Assembly: GCA_963710755.1 (NCBI GenBank)
Contig: CAVQBK010000003.1
Span: forward strand, 1,120,001-1,184,000
Direction: 5' to 3'
Source: an uncultured bacterium
Lineage (GTDB): Bacteria > Oederibacteriota > JAAXVQ01 > JAUVAV01
Length of the DNA: 64,000 nt
The notes under the pieces were generated by a model that was not told the DNA's origin, did no database searches, and was given only the letters and a program-made list of their open reading frames with translations. The stretch's first letter is position 1. Each line of letters begins with the position of its first letter. The translations under genes and the position numbers were made by a program. Positions 39,269 through 49,360 of the stretch are shown one piece after another.

Positions 39269-40927
39269 ATGACTGATGATCTCGGTAACTCCGAAACTGC
39301 TGCCTCTGGCGACAATCAACAGGGAAGGTTAAATTTAAATCGTCATGATCATCCGGCCCGGCCGTCCCAAGAAGCGCTGGACCTTATGGGCAGGAGTTTG
39401 ACCGTTCTTACTTCCAAGCAACCATTGTCCGCACGGTTGAACACCCTGGCTGAACTGGTCAAGTCCGGTTTGCACTTGCAGGGTACGGCGTTTTATCTTT
39501 GGGACGATGATCGGGAAACCTTTGTGCTGCATGGCTCTGCATTAAACCAGGGCTTGATGGGCCGGTGGCCCGTGGTCCGGCAAGACTGGTGGTCTTTGTT
39601 CCAATCGCGGCAAGTGGAACATGAACTCCTCCCAACACCTCACGACCTTCGGCTCAAAGACTTTAATAGTGGCACTGCCCTAACTATACCGCTTTGGCTT
39701 CAGAACCATTTCCTGGGGGTCATGACCGTAATCCGGTGTAGGCCGGAGCAACCGTCTTTTTCTCCCAGGGAAATCAACCTAGCCCAGATGCTAGCCGCGC
39801 AAACAGGATTGGCCGTAGGAGCGCAGCAACTGAACCACCAATATCATCGCGCCCAAAAAGAAGCTTATGTTGCGCAAACCTTATTGCAAATGGCGGAGGA
39901 TATTGAAACCTTGGATTCCCAAGCAGAGGTGCTGGACCGTATACTCCTCATTATTTCGCGAGCCCTCAACTTCAGGCAAACCGCCATCTTTCTTTGGGAT
40001 GAAGAAAATAATGCCTACCATTTGGCCAAGGCCACAGGGTTGCCGGCCCAAAACCGGCCAAGTTGGTCAGCCTTGAGCTTGAGCCAACAGGACCTGGCCC
40101 TATGGGCCCTTGAGCGCGAGGAACGCACCATTGTGAAGGTCCGGGCCGATCTTCACACCGCCTTAGTAAAGCAACTGGAGGGTTCTTTTAAATGTGAGGA
40201 TAGTCGCTTGATTCCTTTGATTGTGAAGAACAAATTGTTGGGTGTCGTTGTGGCGGCCGATTATCAAGGGCAGTCTCCCTATAGCCCTAGCACGGAGTTC
40301 TTTTTAAAAGGCATTGGCACCCAGGCTGCCATTGCCTTAAATGACGTTAAATTGGTGGAAGCTCTGGATAGGGCCTTCTGGGATGTCATTAAATCTCTGG
40401 CCACCACCATTGAAGCCAAGGACCATTACACCCATTCTCACTCCCAGTCCGTGGCCATCTACGGCACTAGTCTGGCCCGGGCCTTGGGATTACCAAAAAA
40501 AGAAGTCGATAAAATTGCCAAGGCATGTCTGCTTCATGATCTGGGCAAAATCGGTATTGCCGATGAGATTCTTCAGAAACAAACGCCCCTTAGTCCCAGC
40601 GAACGCAATGAGATCAACAAACATCCCGTGATTGGAGAAATGATTCTCAACACGGTTCATCATTTTAATGATATTGCCTTATTGGTCAAACACCATCACG
40701 AAAAAGTCGATGGCACCGGTTATCCTGAACAGCTTAAGGGGGAGGAGATACCCTTGTACGCCCGCATCATCCAAATTGCCGATTCCTTTGATGCCATGAC
40801 CTCCGACCGCCCCTACCGCAAAGCCATGAGCCGCCGGGAGGCAATGGCGGAATTGAAAGCCCATGCGGGCCATCAATTTGATAAAAATTTAGTGGATGTC
40901 TTTTTAACCACCTTGGACAACAGGTAA
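39269..40927 (+). CDS. GAF-GAF-HD-GYP phosphodiesterase
   Basis: Two GAF-like segments; EAKDHYTHSHS, HDLGK, HHEKVDGTGYP, DAMTSDRPYRK. Confidence 0.92.
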   Translation: MTDDLGNSETAASGDNQQGRLNLNRHDHPARPSQEALDLMGRSLTVLTSKQPLSARLNTLAELVKSGLHLQGTAFYLWDDDRETFVLHGSALNQGLMGRWPVVRQDWWSLFQSRQVEHELLPTPHDLRLKDFNSGTALTIPLWLQNHFLGVMTVIRCRPEQPSFSPREINLAQMLAAQTGLAVGAQQLNHQYHRAQKEAYVAQTLLQMAEDIETLDSQAEVLDRILLIISRALNFRQTAIFLWDEENNAYHLAKATGLPAQNRPSWSALSLSQQDLALWALEREERTIVKVRADLHTALVKQLEGSFKCEDSRLIPLIVKNKLLGVVVAADYQGQSPYSPSTEFFLKGIGTQAAIALNDVKLVEALDRAFWDVIKSLATTIEAKDHYTHSHSQSVAIYGTSLARALGLPKKEVDKIAKACLLHDLGKIGIADEILQKQTPLSPSERNEINKHPVIGEMILNTVHHFNDIALLVKHHHEKVDGTGYPEQLKGEEIPLYARIIQIADSFDAMTSDRPYRKAMSRREAMAELKAHAGHQFDKNLVDVFLTTLDNR

Positions 40928-40989
40928 CCACTACGGCAACAACATCCATCGAAGGTACCAAAATCTTATAAGGAAGGACAACGGCGTTA

Positions 40990-41814
40990 ATGCATAGTAT
41001 AGAGAGCATTTTGTTAGGCCTCATTCAAGGGCTGACCGAATTTTTACCGGTTAGCAGTTCGGCCCACTTAACTTTGGTCCCGCAGCTGCTGCATTGGGAG
41101 AACCCGCTGCTGCATTCTCTGGCTTTTGATGTGGCGCTGCATTTCGGTACCCTGATCGCGGTGGTGGTCTATTTCCGGAAAGACCTGGCGTTGATGATCG
41201 AGCGGGCGCTGCGCGGCCTGTTGAACAAGCGGCCTTTGGCGGATGAATATGCCCGTTTGGGCTGGTGGATTGTGCTGGGCACTATTCCTGCCGTGGTGGC
41301 GGCCCTACTTTTCAAGGACAGTATTGAAACCATTTTTCGCCAACCGCCCCGGGTCGCGGTCATGCTGATAGGTTTTGGCCTGATCATGGGCTTGGCGGAA
41401 TGGCTGGCCAGGCAAAAACAAGCGCTGTTGCAAATGTCCTGGCTGCAGGCGCTTGTGATCGGGGTGGCGCAAGCCCTGGCCCTGATGCCCGGTGTTTCCC
41501 GCTCCGGCGCCACCATATCGGCGGGCTTGGTAATGGGGTTTAAAAGGGGAGAGGCGGCCCGCTTTGCCTTCCTGCTCAGCATCCCTGCGATCTTGGGCGC
41601 CACTGTATTTGCCCTCAAGGACATGCTGACCATGGCTAGGGATTCTTCCTGGTTGTCCATGCTCCTGGGCACAGCCGCAGCCGCGGTGGCAGGGTACGCC
41701 TGCATTGCTTTTCTGCTGGCTTTTCTTCAAAAACGATCGCTCTGGATTTTTGTCTTCTATCGAATTATTTTTGGTGCATTGGTACTGTTCTGGTATTATG
41801 GACGGACCCGTTGA
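40990..41814 (+). CDS. uppP: Undecaprenyl-diphosphatase
   Basis: QGLTEFLPVSSSAHL, FDVALHFGT, PGVSRSG. Confidence 0.96.
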   Translation: MHSIESILLGLIQGLTEFLPVSSSAHLTLVPQLLHWENPLLHSLAFDVALHFGTLIAVVVYFRKDLALMIERALRGLLNKRPLADEYARLGWWIVLGTIPAVVAALLFKDSIETIFRQPPRVAVMLIGFGLIMGLAEWLARQKQALLQMSWLQALVIGVAQALALMPGVSRSGATISAGLVMGFKRGEAARFAFLLSIPAILGATVFALKDMLTMARDSSWLSMLLGTAAAAVAGYACIAFLLAFLQKRSLWIFVFYRIIFGALVLFWYYGRTR

Positions 41815-41872
41815 GTGCGTCCTGTCACGGGCAGGGCTTACACAACGTATCTAAACTCCTGTGGAGGTTTCG

Positions 41873-42538
41873 ATGGATCCTTTTACTGCCCAAATGGTGC
41901 TGATGAACCAACTCGGTCAATTTTCCAGTATTTTTCTTGAGCAGATTCGCGCTCTCCTGCTGGGTCTGGCTATTATTATTTCGGGACTGCTGGTGGCTGC
42001 CCTATGTGAATACCTGGCTATGTTTCTCTTCCGTATCGTCCGCTGGGAAAAATTCATGCAATGGGCAGGGCTGACTAAAATCATTCACAAAGCGCGGCCT
42101 GATCTGAGTACCACAGTGCTCTCATCGCAAGTGGTTTTTTGGCTCATATTGGTCAGCTTCTTCATGATGGCTTTGGAAAAAATGAAACTGGGATTCCTGA
42201 GCGATTTGGGCATGATTTATTTTGACCATATTGGTCAAGTGCTTTTGGCTCTGATAATTCTTGCCATCACGCTGCTTTTAAAGAGCGTATTCAGTCAACT
42301 AACGTTGCTGCTCACAGAACACGAGAGCGCTCCTCTGGCGGCAGGATTATCGGCCGCTGTGATCTGGAGTCTGGGGGTTTATTTGGCATTAATTACCCTG
42401 GCATTTAACCGAGAATTAAGTATAGCCGTAAGTGTACTGGTCATGATCGGGCAAATGGGTATGGCCGCCTTGCGCTGGATGAGCCCGGGCCGTGCTTACG
42501 ACACGATGGTTAGAGTCCGTGAGCAGGAGGAAGGATAA
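41873..42538 (+). CDS. Membrane protein with TM-helix repeats (MscS/CmpX N-terminal-like)
   Basis: Multiple TM segments; LAIIISGLLVA, QVVFWLI, VLLALIIL pattern; start after GGAGG. Confidence 0.6.
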   Translation: MDPFTAQMVLMNQLGQFSSIFLEQIRALLLGLAIIISGLLVAALCEYLAMFLFRIVRWEKFMQWAGLTKIIHKARPDLSTTVLSSQVVFWLILVSFFMMALEKMKLGFLSDLGMIYFDHIGQVLLALIILAITLLLKSVFSQLTLLLTEHESAPLAAGLSAAVIWSLGVYLALITLAFNRELSIAVSVLVMIGQMGMAALRWMSPGRAYDTMVRVREQEEG

Positions 42539-42544
42539 TTCACC

Positions 42545-44518
42545 ATGCTGGAATTTGGCCGCGATGCCTGCGGTGACCTTAATTTAGCCGTCAGTAAGGA
42601 ATGGCTGGAAACCAATGGCCTGGGGGGCTATGCCTGCGGTACCATGGCAGGACTCAATACCCGAGGCTATCATTCCTTGTTAACGGTGCCTTTGAAACCG
42701 CCCTTGAAAAGGACTATCCTTTTGTCCCAGCTTGATGAGGTAGTGGTTTATAAAGATAAAAAATATATGCTCAGCACCATGGAGTATGAAAGTGGGGCGC
42801 TTAATCCCCGCGGTTACATTTACCTGGAACGATTTAAAGGCGAACCTTTTCCCACCTTCTATTACCGCCTGGATGATCAGGTGCTGCAAAAACAAATTTT
42901 CATGAGTTATGGGCAGTCCCTGACCTGGATTACCTATCAGTTGCTGACGGAGCCGGACGGGGCCTTCAACCTTATGGTAAAACCATTGCTCAGCTTCCGC
43001 AGTCACCACCTTATGAAGCAGGGGCGTTTGTTTGTCAATACTTACCATGATTTGGACCGGCATGTTGTCAAAATTTTGCCTGACCAGCAAGTTCCTTCCA
43101 TGTTTATTCACCATACTGCCGAAGGGTATGAACATTCAGCCCATTGGTTCAACCGGGTTTTTTACCGAGCGGAAAAGAACCGAGGTTTGGATTGTGTGGA
43201 AGACCTCTATACACCGGGTGTCCTGGATTTTGAATTGAAAAAAGGGGCTTGGAATTACATGGCCGTGACCACCGAATCCTTGGAGCAGCTGGATGTGCTG
43301 GCCGCCATGAAAAAAGAAACCAGCCGGCGCAAGGAGTTGCAGGATCTTCTGCCCCTGGAAGATGAGTTCGGACGCCGGTTACTGCGGGCGGCTGATCATT
43401 TTTTAGTCAAGCGGGGAGAGGGCATGAGTGTTATTTCCGGATATCCTTGGTTGGCGGAAAGTGGACGCGATGCCATGGTGGCCAGTATGGGGTTGGCCGT
43501 GGCCAGCCGGCGCTATGAGGATGCGCGCCGACTGCTTAAAACTTACGCCGCGTACTGTGACCAGGGCATGCTGCCCAATCATTTTTCCGAGGAGATGGCC
43601 GAACCGGTTTACAATGCCGCCGATGCAGCTTTGTGGTTTATCATTGCCGTGGATTACTATCATACCCACACCCGAGATGATAGGTTTGTTAAAGACAACT
43701 GTTGGCCGGTGATGGAAAATATCATTGCCGCCTACAGCACCGGCACCAGATATGGCATCCGTATGGACACGGACGGCCTTATCAATCTCCCCGAAGAAGG
43801 GGCGCAGTTAACCTGGATGGATGCGCAGGTTGGTGACTGGGTGGCCACTCCCCGTGCCGGCAAACCGGTGGATGTCAATGCCCTGTGGTATAACTGTTTG
43901 TGCATGATGGCCGATTATGCGGAAAAATTCAGCAGGCCGGCGGAAAAAGAGCGCTACGCGCGCCTGGCCGCCAATGCGCGGGAAGGTTTCAGAAGTTTGT
44001 TCTGGAATGAAGAAGGCGGATACCTTTACGACCGGGTCGAGGATTTTCATAAGGACTTCTCTTTTCGTCCCAATCAGTTGTGGGCGCTGGCGTTGCCCTA
44101 TCCATTGCTGGAAGGGCAGCAGGCCCAGCGTCTGCTTCAGCAGGTGATGGAGCGCCTATATACTACTTTTGGGTGCAGAACCCTGGACCGGAGCGATGAC
44201 CATTACCGCGGTTTTTACAAAGGCGACCTGATGACCCGGGAAAGCGCGGCCTTCCAAGGCACCGTGTGGCCCTGGATGATCGGAGCACTGGCCGGAGCTT
44301 GGCGGGCGGCTTATGGCGCTTCAGCGGAGACGGATGCCATAATAGGCCGGCTGTTAAAGCCTTTTGAGCTGCATTTGACGCACAGCGGTTTGGGGCTGAT
44401 ATCAGAAATGTTTGATGGGGAAGAACCGCACCGCGCCCGTGGGTGCATTGCTCGTGCTTGGAATGTGGCCGAGCTCCTTCGTGTATACCTGGAGACCAAT
44501 TACAAAGACTTGAAATAA
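42545..44518 (+). CDS. Amylo-alpha-1,6-glucosidase (glycogen debranching enzyme, GDE_N + GDE_C)
   Basis: KEWLETNGLGGYA, TRGYH, GYPW, LTWMDA, RPNQ, QGTVWPW, SEMFDG. Confidence 0.9.
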   Translation: MLEFGRDACGDLNLAVSKEWLETNGLGGYACGTMAGLNTRGYHSLLTVPLKPPLKRTILLSQLDEVVVYKDKKYMLSTMEYESGALNPRGYIYLERFKGEPFPTFYYRLDDQVLQKQIFMSYGQSLTWITYQLLTEPDGAFNLMVKPLLSFRSHHLMKQGRLFVNTYHDLDRHVVKILPDQQVPSMFIHHTAEGYEHSAHWFNRVFYRAEKNRGLDCVEDLYTPGVLDFELKKGAWNYMAVTTESLEQLDVLAAMKKETSRRKELQDLLPLEDEFGRRLLRAADHFLVKRGEGMSVISGYPWLAESGRDAMVASMGLAVASRRYEDARRLLKTYAAYCDQGMLPNHFSEEMAEPVYNAADAALWFIIAVDYYHTHTRDDRFVKDNCWPVMENIIAAYSTGTRYGIRMDTDGLINLPEEGAQLTWMDAQVGDWVATPRAGKPVDVNALWYNCLCMMADYAEKFSRPAEKERYARLAANAREGFRSLFWNEEGGYLYDRVEDFHKDFSFRPNQLWALALPYPLLEGQQAQRLLQQVMERLYTTFGCRTLDRSDDHYRGFYKGDLMTRESAAFQGTVWPWMIGALAGAWRAAYGASAETDAIIGRLLKPFELHLTHSGLGLISEMFDGEEPHRARGCIARAWNVAELLRVYLETNYKDLK

Positions 44519-44755
44519 ACCAAGAGTTATGGACAAGGCCATGGGGAACCAAAGTCAGCAGGACTCTCGGGAGTGATTTGGCCGCAAGTAATTTTTGGGC
44601 ATTGTCAAACCTGTCCAGGTTCTATATAATCCAGCTCTGGACCATGTCTTATAGTCTCTTTATCAAGAGGGCAATAAGGTGCTAATCCTTTTTTACTCGA
44701 CTCCATTTCCCCGTTTCTTAACACGAGGTTATCCAGGTCACAACTTTGGCGGTAA

Positions 44756-46093
44756 ATGTCCATGGCAAGACATAGAGTAGTAGCGATTGTGGGCCGGCCC
44801 AATGTGGGCAAATCGGCTCTCTTTAACAGAATAGTGGGGAAAGCCAGGGCTATCGTGGATGAACATGCCGGCTTGACCAGAGACCGCAATTATGATCTGG
44901 CCAATTGGTTGGATCGTGAATTTCTACTAGTCGATACGGGCGGGTTTGAACTGCAGACCACAGACAGTATCTTAATGCAGATGCGGCTACAGACGGAAAT
45001 TGCCATTAATGAGGCAGATGTTATTGTCATGGTCGTGGATGGCCGCACGATCCTGGACAAGACCGACCGGGAATTGGCCAGCCGCTTGAGACAGTCCGGC
45101 AAACCGGTTGTGCTGGCGGTTAATAAGATTGATAATGCGGAGCTGGAAGCGGAGATCCATGGTTTTTGGAATATGGGATTTGGCCAACCGATCGGCATTA
45201 GCGCTATTCAGGGACGTTGTGTGGATGACTTGTTGGATGCGGTGATTGAACACATTCCTCCCCAGCTGCGGGAAGATGAGGACGACCTGGTCATTAAATT
45301 GGCGATCGTGGGGATGCCCAACGCTGGCAAATCATCCTTGGTCAATACTATCCTGGGCGAGGAACGAGTGTTGGTGAATGACACGCCCGGCACCACCCGG
45401 GACTCGGTCAGTTCTTTTTTTAATTACCAAGGCAAGGCTTACCAAATTGTCGATACCGCCGGCATGCGTGCCAAACGCAAAATCGAGCACGCGGTGGAGC
45501 GCTATGCGGTCATGCGCGCCCTCAGAAGTATCGAAGAGACGCATGTGGCTGTTATTCTCCTGGATGCCACCAAGCCCATCACCGAACAGGAAGAGCATAT
45601 AGCCGGCTATGTCCACGAATCCGGGCGCGCCAGCATTATAGCCATCAACAAGTGGGACCTTCTGGACAAGACCACCCATACTCAGGAGCAGTATTTGCAG
45701 ACATTGAAAAAACGCATGCCTTTCATGGATTACGCCCCGGTAGTGACCATTTCCGCTAAAACCGGCCAGCGGGTCAATAAACTGTTGGAGTTGGCAGCCT
45801 ATGTAAATGAGCAGCATGTGATGCGCATAAAAACAAGCTTGCTAAATAAGACACTTCACGATATCATCCAAAAACAACCACCGCCCACCAAACGGGGCAA
45901 AGTCTTAAAAATCAAATACATCAGTCAAACCGGCGTGCGGCCTCCGGCTTTTGCCCTGTTTGTCAATGATCCAGGCAGAATGCAACTCCATTACTTACGG
46001 CACATCAAAAATGAATTCCGCAAGCTATTCGGACTGGAAGGAACACCGCTTATCATAATGTTAAGAGCAGGGAAGGAGAATGCCCGTGGTTGA
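44756..46093 (+). CDS. der: Ribosome biogenesis GTPase Der/EngA
   Basis: Two G-domains: GRPNVGKS/DTGG/NKID and GMPNAGKS/DTAG/NKWD. Confidence 0.97.
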   Translation: MSMARHRVVAIVGRPNVGKSALFNRIVGKARAIVDEHAGLTRDRNYDLANWLDREFLLVDTGGFELQTTDSILMQMRLQTEIAINEADVIVMVVDGRTILDKTDRELASRLRQSGKPVVLAVNKIDNAELEAEIHGFWNMGFGQPIGISAIQGRCVDDLLDAVIEHIPPQLREDEDDLVIKLAIVGMPNAGKSSLVNTILGEERVLVNDTPGTTRDSVSSFFNYQGKAYQIVDTAGMRAKRKIEHAVERYAVMRALRSIEETHVAVILLDATKPITEQEEHIAGYVHESGRASIIAINKWDLLDKTTHTQEQYLQTLKKRMPFMDYAPVVTISAKTGQRVNKLLELAAYVNEQHVMRIKTSLLNKTLHDIIQKQPPPTKRGKVLKIKYISQTGVRPPAFALFVNDPGRMQLHYLRHIKNEFRKLFGLEGTPLIIMLRAGKENARG

Positions 46094-46736
46094 ATCTTGG
46101 TTAAAAATTATGGCAGCCTTGGCCCTGAGTTATCTATTGGGTGCCCTGCCCACAGGTTATCTCGCCGGCCGGCTGAAAGGTCTTGATATCCGAAAGCTGG
46201 GATCAGGTAACATGGGCGCCACCAATGTGATGAGAATCTTGGGTGTGCCGGCAGGGGTATTGGTAATGCTAATTGACGCGGCCAAAGGATTCCTGGCTGT
46301 GGCCTGGTTGCCAGGGTTGACACCCTATCCGGAATTTGACTGGCTGCGGGTGGGCTGCGGCTTGGCCGCAGTCCTGGGACATACCTTTACCTTATTTTTA
46401 AAATTTAAAGGTGGTAAAGGCGTAGCCACCACGGCTGGTATTTTTCTGGCCCTGGCGCCTATGGCTGCTGTGGTGACGCTTTTGATATTTGCATGTACGG
46501 TGGCCATGACCAAGACCGTGTCGGCCGGCTCTATTTTAGGAGCGCTCCTGTTACCGCCACTAGTTTGGATTTTGGGGGAAGCCGGACAAGGTTATAGCAT
46601 TCTTTTGATAGCCGTGGTATTGGCTATACTCATTGTGGCTCGTCATGGGGCCAATATTCAACGGTTGAAAAACGGCACGGAAAATAAAATCGGCCGGCCG
46701 GTGGAACCAAAAGACCAGCAGGGAGGGCCATCTTGA
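46080..46736 (+). CDS. plsY: Glycerol-3-phosphate acyltransferase PlsY
   Basis: YLLGALP, GSGNMGATN, FKGGKGVAT, RHGANIQRL..GTE. Confidence 0.96.
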   Translation: MPVVESWLKIMAALALSYLLGALPTGYLAGRLKGLDIRKLGSGNMGATNVMRILGVPAGVLVMLIDAAKGFLAVAWLPGLTPYPEFDWLRVGCGLAAVLGHTFTLFLKFKGGKGVATTAGIFLALAPMAAVVTLLIFACTVAMTKTVSAGSILGALLLPPLVWILGEAGQGYSILLIAVVLAILIVARHGANIQRLKNGTENKIGRPVEPKDQQGGPS

Positions 46737-47731
46737 ACGAACCGATTGCCGTTATTGGGGCAGGCGCATGGGGCACTGCCCTAGCTATGGTACTGGCCCA
46801 GCAAGGCCGGCTGGTCAACTTGTGGGAATACTTTCCGGCTTACGCTCATGAGCTGCAAATCGGACGCGAAAATTACAAATTTTTACCGGGTATTACCATT
46901 CCCGATCAGATTACCATCACTCCTGACTTGGCCAAGGCCGTGCACGGCGCGGACATCATTGTTTTGGTTGTACCTTCCCAAGCCTTAAGAAGTGTGGTCC
47001 AACAATTGGCGCAGATGGAGATCGCCCCGCGCATTGTGGTGACAGCATCCAAAGGCATAGAAAAAAACACTCTGGACCGCATGTCGCAAATTGTTCAGGC
47101 TTACTTTGACAACCGCTGTCATGTAGTGGCTTTATCCGGCCCCAGTCATGCGGAAGAAGTCGCCCGCCGGTTACCCTGCACAGTAGTGGCAGCTTCGTCT
47201 GATGAACAAGCAGCGGAAGAAATCCAAATTCTCTTTACGAATGATCATTTTCGCGTCTATACTACTTCCGATATCATAGGCGTGGAATTGGGCGGGTCCC
47301 TGAAAAATATTATTGCTTTGGCTGCTGGGATCATCGATGGCTTAAGCTTGGGAGACAATGCCAAAGCCGCTTTGCTCACGCGAGGCCTGGCAGAAATGGC
47401 ACGGTTGGGGCAAGCTTGCGGCGCCGCGCCGGAAACATTTGCCGGACTAAGTGGTATGGGTGATCTGGTAGTAACCTGTACCAGCCAACATTCCCGTAAT
47501 CGACGAGTGGGTGAAGAAATCGGGCGAGGTAGACAATTAGATGATATTTTAAAGGATATGGAGATGGTGGCTGAAGGTGTGGAAACCACCCAATCTGCCT
47601 ACGCCCTAGGTCAGCGGATGAGTGTGGAATTGCCTATTATTGAACAGGTTCATCAAGTCTTATTTGACCATAAGCCGGCGAAGGACGCGGTGCGGATCTT
47701 AATGCAGCGTCCCCATAAACCGGAACGTTAG
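46733..47731 (+). CDS. gpsA: NAD(P)H-dependent glycerol-3-phosphate dehydrogenase
   Basis: GAGAWGTALA, SKGIE, SGPSHA, GGSLKN, GDLVVTC.SRN. Confidence 0.97.
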   Translation: MNEPIAVIGAGAWGTALAMVLAQQGRLVNLWEYFPAYAHELQIGRENYKFLPGITIPDQITITPDLAKAVHGADIIVLVVPSQALRSVVQQLAQMEIAPRIVVTASKGIEKNTLDRMSQIVQAYFDNRCHVVALSGPSHAEEVARRLPCTVVAASSDEQAAEEIQILFTNDHFRVYTTSDIIGVELGGSLKNIIALAAGIIDGLSLGDNAKAALLTRGLAEMARLGQACGAAPETFAGLSGMGDLVVTCTSQHSRNRRVGEEIGRGRQLDDILKDMEMVAEGVETTQSAYALGQRMSVELPIIEQVHQVLFDHKPAKDAVRILMQRPHKPER

Positions 47732-47773
47732 CATAAGAAAAAGGGAAGCCACCGGGGCTTCCGGAGGTGTTTG

Positions 47774-48118
47774 ATGAAAGACGAAGAAAAAACAGTTACC
47801 AAAGCAGAATTGGCTGCCAGTATTTCCAAATTGGGATTGTCCCTGCGGTTTTCCCAAACCGTGGTTGATTATATTGTTCAGGAACTAATTCAAACCCTTA
47901 GCCAGGGAGAGGTTATTCATTTGGTGGGGTTTGGTGCATTCCGCTTTAAGGTGAGAAATGCCAGACAGGGACGTAATCCTAAAACCGGCGAACAGGTGGC
48001 CGTGCCCAATAAAAAGATTATACAGTTTAAACCAGGCAATGAATTGAAAGAACGTATTCGTAAATCGAAAGAGCCGGCACAACCTTTTGTTCCGGAGGAA
48101 CCTGTTGATGGCCAATGA
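47774..48118 (+). CDS. ihfA: HU/IHF family DNA-binding protein (IHF alpha position)
   Basis: TKAELA, GFGAF, RQGRNPKTGE, FKPG; in ihfA-merR-tRNA-Pro synteny. Confidence 0.75.
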   Translation: MKDEEKTVTKAELAASISKLGLSLRFSQTVVDYIVQELIQTLSQGEVIHLVGFGAFRFKVRNARQGRNPKTGEQVAVPNKKIIQFKPGNELKERIRKSKEPAQPFVPEEPVDGQ

Positions 48119-48494
48119 ACCAATCTCCAAACCCGGGCGGGCCTCTGGGGATAAAATGTTCTACCAAATAAAAGAAATCAGCGAGATGTTGGGTATAAAA
48201 TCCCATGTGTTGCGTTATTGGGAAACCGAATTTCCACAATTGCGTCCCGATAAAGGCAGTACCGGCCAACGTCTTTATCGTCCCAAAGATCTGGAACTGG
48301 TGAAAAGGATTAAAACGTTACTGTATGAAGAAAAATTTACCATTGCCGGGGCCAAAAAAAAATTAGCCGGAGAATTACGGCACGATAAATCTCAGATGGA
48401 TTTGAATTTAAACTTGCGTGAAAATCACTTATTGAATACAATCCATAAAGTCAAACGGGAATTAGAAAGTCTCTTGACCATTTTAAACCAATAA
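48108..48494 (+). CDS. MerR-family transcriptional regulator
   Basis: KMFYQIKEIS..HVLRYWETEF..GQRLY..LLYEEKFTIAGA. Confidence 0.92.
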   Translation: MANEPISKPGRASGDKMFYQIKEISEMLGIKSHVLRYWETEFPQLRPDKGSTGQRLYRPKDLELVKRIKTLLYEEKFTIAGAKKKLAGELRHDKSQMDLNLNLRENHLLNTIHKVKRELESLLTILNQ

Positions 48495-48513
48495 TTTATA
48501 GTCTAAACCCTAT

Positions 48514-48589
48514 CGGGGCGTAGCGCAGTGGCTAGCGCGCACGCTTGGGGTGCGTGAAGTCGGAGGTTCAATTCCTCTCGCCCCGACCA
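48514..48589 (+). tRNA. tRNA-Pro(GGG)
   Basis: CGGGGCG acceptor, anticodon arm CACGC-TTGGGGT-GCGTG, GGTTCAATTCC, encoded CCA. Confidence 0.96.
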
Positions 48590-48610
48590 GTTTAACTATA
48601 TTATAAATCC

Positions 48611-48927
48611 GGGACCCTTCGCAGCCCCGACCGGAATTGATATTATGTGAAAGGGACGCTTCGCAGCCCCGACCGGAATTGATATTATGTGAAAGGGACG
48701 CTTCGCAGCCCCGACCGGAATTGATATTATGTGAAAGGGACGCTTCGCAGCCCCGACTGGAATTGATATTATGGGAAAGGGACGCTTCGCAGCCCCGACC
48801 GGAATTGATATTATGGGAAAGGGACGCTTCGCAGCCCCGACTGGAATTGATATTATGGGAAAGGGACGCTTCGCAGCCCCGACCGGAATTGATATTATGG
48901 GAAAGGGACGCTTCGCAGCCCCGACCA
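48611..48927 (+). repeat. Tandem array of a 42-bp unit (7 full + 1 partial) containing the tRNA-Pro 3' end
   Basis: Unit GGGACGCTTCGCAGCCCCGAC(C/T)GGAATTGATATTATG(T/G)GAAA starting at 48611, 48653, 48695, 48737, 48779, 48821, 48863, 48905; ends GCCCCGACCA. Confidence 0.97.
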
Positions 48928-49153
48928 GTCAGTGCCTAGGGAGGTGCATGACTGAAAATCGATCCGGCCTACAACTACGGGCCAAGCCATCGGGAGTCGG
49001 GAATTGATGACATGAGATTTTCGATTCGGCCGATTTTCGACATTCCATTTTCCTTTTTTTGGTTGTCCCCACCTCAGACATTGTGGCTGTTATTGGTCCA
49101 GCCATTGGTGGTAATAGACGTCATTTCGAATAAATGATTCTAATTATCCTTCC

Positions 49154-49181
49154 TTGATCTTTTCCTTATTTTTCGTATAAT
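49154..49181 (+). promoter_or_regulatory. sigma70 promoter of tRNA-Pro(CGG)
   Basis: TTGATC-16-TATAAT ending 15 nt before the tRNA. Confidence 0.6.
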
Positions 49182-49196
49182 GTCAGCTACTTAAAT

Positions 49197-49272
<76 letters not shown>

Positions 49273-49293
49273 GTTTAACTATATTATAAATCC

Positions 49294-49360
49294 GGGACGC
49301 TTCGGGCAGGAGAAATGCCCTTGGCAGCCCCGACCGGAATCAATATTATTGGAAAGGGAC
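49294..49360 (+). repeat. Single copy of the 42-bp repeat with an inserted hairpin
   Basis: GGGACGCTTCG-[GGCAGGAGAAATGCCCTTG]-GCAGCCCCGACCGGAATCAATATTATTGGAAAGGGAC (last 37 nt 34/37 identical to the array). Confidence 0.88.

Noticed and set aside
48611-48927. CRISPR array
   Set aside because: Units are contiguous near-identical 42-mers with no unique spacers; no cas operon in the window.
48637-49007. ORFs with ILCERDASQPRPEL / GKGRFAAPTGIDIM repeats
   Set aside because: By-product of a stop-free repeat whose length is divisible by 3; no RBS at the starts. The GGAGG-ATG at 48948 gives only 19 aa.
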